Source of the DNA: Nibricoccus sp.
Lineage (GTDB): Bacteria > Verrucomicrobiota > Verrucomicrobiia > Opitutales > Opitutaceae
Direction of reading: 5' to 3'
DNA length: 64,000 nucleotides
NCBI GenBank assembly: GCA_047602425.1
Contig: JASGHG010000001.1
Coordinates: forward strand, 4,384,001-4,448,000
Shown here in pieces: positions 59,281-64,000 of the stretch (positions are counted from its first letter, which is position 1; every line of letters begins with the position of its first letter). A program made the translations under genes and the position numbers. A model generated the notes under the pieces. That model was not told where the DNA came from and ran no database searches. It saw only the letters and a list, made by a program, of their open reading frames with translations.

Positions 59281-60633
59281 TCAGGACATTGAGTCGGCTA
59301 ATATCGCTTGCCGAACCTGCTCGAGTGTACGCTGGATTCCTATAAGACACTTGTGATAATAAGCCCTGTATCCTTTGGAAGTCACTTGGATGGATTTTCT
59401 TCGTTGGTCCTTTTCGTCTTGGACACTTATGAGTAATCCTCCGTCCTCCAATTCCTTGATATGAGCGCGCATCACTTGCGGTGACTTGAAGCCAAACATA
59501 TCGTAGTCTCCAGGTGAGCAATTTCCGCCGGCTCCCGATATAATCGCGTCCAGTACTTCAAGCGAGCGCGCCTTGCATTGAGTCTTTGCTGCTGCGTATA
59601 CCGCTGCTACGTCTTCGTAGAACCATTTGTAGAAAGCATCATCTTTTTCTTTATCAGTTTGAGGTGTGCTTTCGTGGTCCTTGGACCAAATACAATATTC
59701 GTCTGCTGCGGCGATTAAGTTTCCTAGATTACGGTTTAGGGCCTCGTATAGTACGCGAAAGGCGACCTTGGTTAAGGGGAGGTATCCGCTCCCTTGAAAT
59801 TTCGAGAACACATTGATGCGAGATTCAAAGACTTTGTCGATAAAGTCATCGCCGAGCCGATCGATAACAATCGGAACGTACACGCGGCGATCCAATCGGG
59901 CTGAGGAAACGACGCCCTGAATTATCCCGTTGGCACCACAAAGCACCCAACGAGTTCCGTGTGTATTGAGCAGCGAGTCTCTAAGACTTTCGATTGCCTT
60001 TCGAGCGTCAGTCGACTCTTGGAGTAACTCCATATTGTCGATAACGCATACTATCCCCCCGCCGAGGGGAAACACTTCGTATAGCCAATCTCTCACTGCC
60101 TTTCGGAATCCTGACTTGTCGAAACCGGTCGCCGTGTTCGGCGAGGAGCCGCCCCCAGCGGACAAACCGTGTCCGAATAGGGACCCCCCAATTTCAACTT
60201 GTTTGAACGTGGGACTATTGAGCCAAGATTCAATTTTGCTTTTCGCGGAGCTTGCAAAACGGAATTTATACTTTTCCTCGTTAAGGCCGATAAGGGTTTG
60301 TGCTACAGAAAAATAGAAGTCTTCTTCTAGCCTTTCGAGCTGCGAAAGATTTGAGATTTGGAACACCTTCGAACACGCGACATATAAATCTCCTGTCCGT
60401 GCCGTAAGGAACTGTTTCGTTAGCTTATAAGTCGCCACATTTACCAAGCTTGTTTTTCCAGCACCAACGCCTCCTTCTACTGTCGGCAACCGCGGTGGGC
60501 TTTGAATGCGTTCCATCAGCCTGGATAATTCTTTGTCTCTGCCTATTAGCAGGTTTTCTCCTTCTTCATCTGGGCCTAACGGATAACTGGTGAAAGGATT
60601 TTCTCTAAATCCCCAATCGTTATAAAAGCTCAT
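59281..60633 (-). CDS. P-loop ATPase (AAA+/STAND-like) with probable C-terminal winged HTH
   Basis: WGFRENPF, LIGRDKEL, Walker A GGVGAGKTS, Walker B VCVIDNME, C-terminal MRAHIKELEDGGLL...VTSKG; visibly AT-richer than neighbours. Confidence 0.8.
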   Translation of the reverse strand: MSFYNDWGFRENPFTSYPLGPDEEGENLLIGRDKELSRLMERIQSPPRLPTVEGGVGAGKTSLVNVATYKLTKQFLTARTGDLYVACSKVFQISNLSQLERLEEDFYFSVAQTLIGLNEEKYKFRFASSAKSKIESWLNSPTFKQVEIGGSLFGHGLSAGGGSSPNTATGFDKSGFRKAVRDWLYEVFPLGGGIVCVIDNMELLQESTDARKAIESLRDSLLNTHGTRWVLCGANGIIQGVVSSARLDRRVYVPIVIDRLGDDFIDKVFESRINVFSKFQGSGYLPLTKVAFRVLYEALNRNLGNLIAAADEYCIWSKDHESTPQTDKEKDDAFYKWFYEDVAAVYAAAKTQCKARSLEVLDAIISGAGGNCSPGDYDMFGFKSPQVMRAHIKELEDGGLLISVQDEKDQRRKSIQVTSKGYRAYYHKCLIGIQRTLEQVRQAILADSMS

Positions 60634-61042
60634 GCTTAGTAAAGGTAAGTTATTTGCTATAGCGGGTTTTGAAAGGAGCCCTAGACGTCAAATGGAGCCA
60701 AAGACATTAGGCCTTGACTCTTTAAAATGAGAAATACGCCGGGTGGTGCGTGTAAGGTTGGCAGTGTGAAGGTTTTTGGTTGGGTGATCACACGCCGGCG
60801 ACATTCTACATCGGCGATGGTTCGTCGCGCTGTGGCGTGCCGCGTATCAACTGACTCTCTCGCTCTTGCAACTGGGGTAGACATTGGCTGGATGCCCCAG
60901 ATGAGAGGATTTCGGCAGGGACGGCAATCCTGGAATCGGTCGGGTATTAAGATGTAGCCCGGCTTCAATGCCCGGTGCTCAATATCCAATATCGAAGGGC
61001 GGAATCTCCGAGGAGATCGGATCTCTGTGGGCTCTGCGAGGT

Positions 61043-61360
61043 GGTTTACGCATTGCCAAAGGTTGTCCCGAGGTGACGGTCGGCCCGGCGGTCCGACCCT
61101 ACATGTATTGGTGCGGGCGGAGTGGTTTGGAAGGTAGGGACGGCCAGCCTTGGCCGTCCGTCAACGTCGCCGGCGATTGACTCGGGCCATAACGGACGAC
61201 CGTGCGGTGCAACCCGCAGCATGCGGTGTCGGTTGGTTTATGCATTACCGAAGGTTGTACCGAGGTGACGGTCGGCCCGGCGGTCCGACCCTACCGCATT
61301 GGTGCGGGCGGAGTGGTTTGGAAGGTGGGGACGGCCAGCCTTGGCCGTCCGTCAGCTTTG
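61043..61360. repeat. Tandem ~190-bp REP-doublet units upstream of the RAYT (about 1.7 units)
   Basis: GACGGTCGGCCCGGCGGTCCGACCCTAC twice; GTRGGGACGGCCAGCCTTGGCCGTCC at 61134 and 61325. Confidence 0.92.
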
Positions 61361-61444
61361 CCCGTGAATGGCCGGCCCATTTCGGCGATCATACGTTCCC
61401 TTCCGGCTTGTTTCCGCATCAACGTTTGGGAATGTTGCCGAGGA

Positions 61445-61927
61445 ATGAATCTGCCGAAACGAAAAGTTTTGCCGCATGAGATTCCAAACTGGGTGCAGCC
61501 GGGGGAACTCTTTTTCATCACCATTTGCTGCCAGCAACGTGGTGCCAATCAACTTTGTCATCCGGAGATTGCCCAGGCGCTTATCGATTCTGTCCGTTTC
61601 CGACAAGAGCGCGGGAACTGGTATACAACGCTATTTTTGCTCATGCCCGATCATTTGCATGCGTTGATTGCGTTTCCGCTGGAGAACACAATGAAAACAA
61701 CGGTTGCCAAGTGGAAGGAATTTACCGCGCGGCAAATGGGTATCCTTTGGCAACGCGGTTTCTTTGATCACCGATTGCGGAAGGCGGAAAGCCTGGATGA
61801 GAAGGCTCATTACATCCGTATGAATCCAGTGCGACAAGGTTTGGTCGCAAAGCCGGAGGATTGGCCATGGGTTTGGGAAGGTAGGGACGGCCAGCCTTGG
61901 CCGTCCGTCAACGTCGCCCGCGATTGA
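61445..61927 (+). mobile_element. rayT: REP-associated tyrosine transposase (HUH Y1, RAYT/TnpAREP)
   Basis: LFFITIC, HUH motif MPDHLH, WQRGFFDH, YIRMNPV..GLV, W.W; flanked by REPs. Confidence 0.9.
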
Positions 61928-62420
61928 CTCGGGCCTGAACGAACGACCGTGCGGTGCAAACCAGCGTGCGGTGTCGGTTGGTTTATGCATTGCCAAAGGC
62001 TGTCCCGAGGTGACGGTCGGCCCGGCGGTCCGACCCTACCACATTGGTGCGGGCGGAGTGGTTTGGAAGGTAGGGAAGGCCAGCCTTGGCCGTCCGTCAA
62101 CGTCGCCCGCGATTGACTCGGGCCAGAACGGACGACCGTGCGGTGCAACCCAGCATGCGGTGTGGGTTGGTTTATGCATTGCCAACGGTTGTACCGAGGT
62201 AACGGTCGGCCCGGCGGTCCGACCCTACCACATTGGTGCGGGCGGAGTGGTTTGGGAACGTAGGGACGGCCAGCCTTGGCCGTCCGTCAACGTCGCCCGC
62301 GATTGACTCGGGCCTGAACGAACGACCGTGAGGTGCAACCCAGCATGCGGTGTCGGTTGGTTTATGCATTACTAAAGGTTGTACCGAGATGACGGTCGGC
62401 CCGGCGGTCCGACCCTACCT
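61870..62420. repeat. Tandem ~190-bp REP-doublet units downstream of the RAYT (about 3 units)
   Basis: GTAGGGA(C/A)GGCCAGCCTTGGCCGTCC at 61881, 62070, 62260; near-identical linkers. Confidence 0.95.
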
Positions 62421-62436
62421 TTGATCACCGACAAAC

Positions 62437-62459
62437 AAAAACGCCTTCCGGAAGGCGTT
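62437..62459 (-). terminator. Terminator after the EF-G gene
   Basis: AACGCCTTCCGGAAGGCGTTTTT on the minus strand. Confidence 0.65.
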
Positions 62460-62467
62460 GACGGGGC

Positions 62468-64000
62468 TTAGCTCGCGAGAGCGTCAATCGTGACGCTCGC
62501 CGGGAGTTGAGCGTAGTGGCAGGGTGTCATCGATTGTTCGGCACGGCCTTTGGACAAGGAGCGGATGTCGACGGCGTAGCCGAAGAGTTCCTGGAGGGGA
62601 ACTTCGGCGGTGATCACGCTCGTTTCCGAGTCGGTTTCGACGTTGCGGATCTGGCCGCGGCGTCGGCTGAGATCGCCGACGATGTTGCCTTGATACTCCA
62701 CGGGCGTGGTGACTTCGACCGCCATGATCGGTTCGAGCAGCACGGGAGCGGCGTCCCGCATGGCCTCTTTGAACGCCATGCGCGCAGCCGTCTTGAAGGC
62801 GAGTTCGGACGAATCGACGGGATGGAACGAACCATCGACGATGCGACAACGCACATCCGTCACGATATAGCCATGGAGTACGCCCTCCTTGAGGGCTTCC
62901 TCGATGCCTTGGATCGTGGGGCGGATGAATTGTTTCGGAATCGCGCCGCCAACGATTTCGTTGACGATGTCATTGCCGTGGCCGGGATGTGGTTCGAGCA
63001 CGACGACGACGTGGCCGTAGTGGCCGCTGCCGCCGCTTTGGTGCTTGAACTCTCCCTCGGCGCGGGCGGCGCGAGTGATCGTTTCACGGAAGGCTATTTG
63101 CGGACGTCCGGCGTTGGTTTTCACGCGGAATTCGCGCAGCATGCGTTCGCGGATGATATCGAGATGCAGTTCACCCATGCCGGACAGGAGGACCTGTCCG
63201 GTCTCGGGATCGGTGCGGGCGCGCAGGGTCGGATCTTCGGCCACGAGCCGTTGCAACGCGAGGCCGAGGCGTTCCTGATCCTCGTTGGTGCTTGGCTCGA
63301 TGGCCAGCGACACCACGGGCTCAGGGAACGTCGGGCGCTCGAGGAAAAGATCGACGTCGGCCGAGAGCGTATCGCCGGTGCTCACGTCTTTGAGACCGAG
63401 CACGGCACAGATATCGCCCGCGATCGCTTGCGGGATGTTTTCCTGAGCGTCCGCGCGCAGGCGCACGAGACGCGTGATGCGTTCGTGGCGTCGGGTGCGT
63501 GGATTGTAGACCGTTTGTCCGGCGCGGAGCATGCCTTGATACACGCGCGTGAAGACGAGCTGACCATTGGGAGTGCTGGTCAACTTGAACGCGAGCGCAA
63601 CCAAAGGCGCTGTCGCGTCGACGCGGAGAGGGAGAGGCTGTTGGTTCTCATCCAGTGCGTGCGGAGTCAGATCGAGCGGGCTGGGCAGATAGTCGACGAC
63701 CGCATCGAGCAGACGCTGCACGCCTTTCTCCTTATAGGCGGAGCCGGGCAGAACGCCGAAGAACGTTTGCGCGATCGTGGCGCGACGAATCGCGGCCTGA
63801 AGATCGTCCGCGGAGATCGGCGAATTGTTGATGAACAATTCGCCCAGCTGCGAATCGACCTCGGCCACGCGCTCGATCAGCGCTTCGCGGGCACGACGAG
63901 CCTCGTCGACGTGCGACGCAGGAATCGTTTCCCAAACTGGCTTCAGGCCGCGAGGGTCGGAAGCGTCGCTTCCGAAGCGGGTGAATTTTTGACGAACGAC
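62468..64000 (-). CDS. fusA: Elongation factor G (5' part outside the window; possibly a divergent paralog)
   Basis: GSAYKEKGVQRLLD, EDPTLR, SGMGELHL, KHQSGGSGHYG, DGSFHPVDSSELAF, LLEPIM; frame open to 64000. Confidence 0.92.
   Translation of the reverse strand, partial: VVRQKFTRFGSDASDPRGLKPVWETIPASHVDEARRAREALIERVAEVDSQLGELFINNSPISADDLQAAIRRATIAQTFFGVLPGSAYKEKGVQRLLDAVVDYLPSPLDLTPHALDENQQPLPLRVDATAPLVALAFKLTSTPNGQLVFTRVYQGMLRAGQTVYNPRTRRHERITRLVRLRADAQENIPQAIAGDICAVLGLKDVSTGDTLSADVDLFLERPTFPEPVVSLAIEPSTNEDQERLGLALQRLVAEDPTLRARTDPETGQVLLSGMGELHLDIIRERMLREFRVKTNAGRPQIAFRETITRAARAEGEFKHQSGGSGHYGHVVVVLEPHPGHGNDIVNEIVGGAIPKQFIRPTIQGIEEALKEGVLHGYIVTDVRCRIVDGSFHPVDSSELAFKTAARMAFKEAMRDAAPVLLEPIMAVEVTTPVEYQGNIVGDLSRRRGQIRNVETDSETSVITAEVPLQELFGYAVDIRSLSKGRAEQSMTPCHYAQLPASVTIDALAS

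Noticed and set aside
60681..61040. Possible pseudogene between the ATPase and the REP array
   Set aside because: Short ORFs on both strands resemble no family I recognise
61202..61444. N-terminal extension of the RAYT and the other ORFs across 60968-62369
   Set aside because: They are translations of the tandem REP units; the true start is more plausibly ATG 61445
61043..62420. CRISPR array
   Set aside because: Sequences between the hairpins are near-identical rather than unique spacers; no cas genes; a RAYT sits inside

Overview
GC-rich bacterial chromosome segment. Gene content and style suggest Verrucomicrobiota/Opitutaceae (inference). Left to right: a truncated periplasmic-binding-domain gene; two KdgK/PfkB kinases bracketing a PAS kinase, a hybrid kinase and a LarA-family epimerase; a GlcD-like FAD oxidoreductase; an accessory patch (nucleotidyltransferase plus small partner, secretin-N0/membrane fusion, a 21-bp-periodic DNA array, WYL regulator plus divergent unknown gene); and a 13.5-kb guanidine/urea carboxylase locus. 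That locus adds an ABC transporter, a creatininase-family hydrolase, a GmaS/GlnT-type ligase and a Cys-less NikR-like regulator, has two sigma54 promoters sharing an operator, and is interrupted by an antisense four-helix-bundle gene bracketed by inverted heptamer repeats. Next come a PaaI thioesterase, a Cas4-like/DinG helicase, a TonB-dependent receptor and housekeeping genes (recO, ROK, lspA, dksA-like, ileS, hemE, hemF, plsC, cmk, aroA, tyrA, PIN/TRAM). The right end holds a six-gene two-component-regulated module (two paralogous beta-barrels, an Ala-rich secreted protein, shared operator), a second 21-bp array fused to a small conserved helical protein, an AT-richer ATPase, a REP-associated tyrosine transposase inside a ~190-bp tandem REP array, and a truncated EF-G. 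No rRNA, tRNA or CRISPR array was recognised. All functional calls come from motif recognition by eye; no database search was run.
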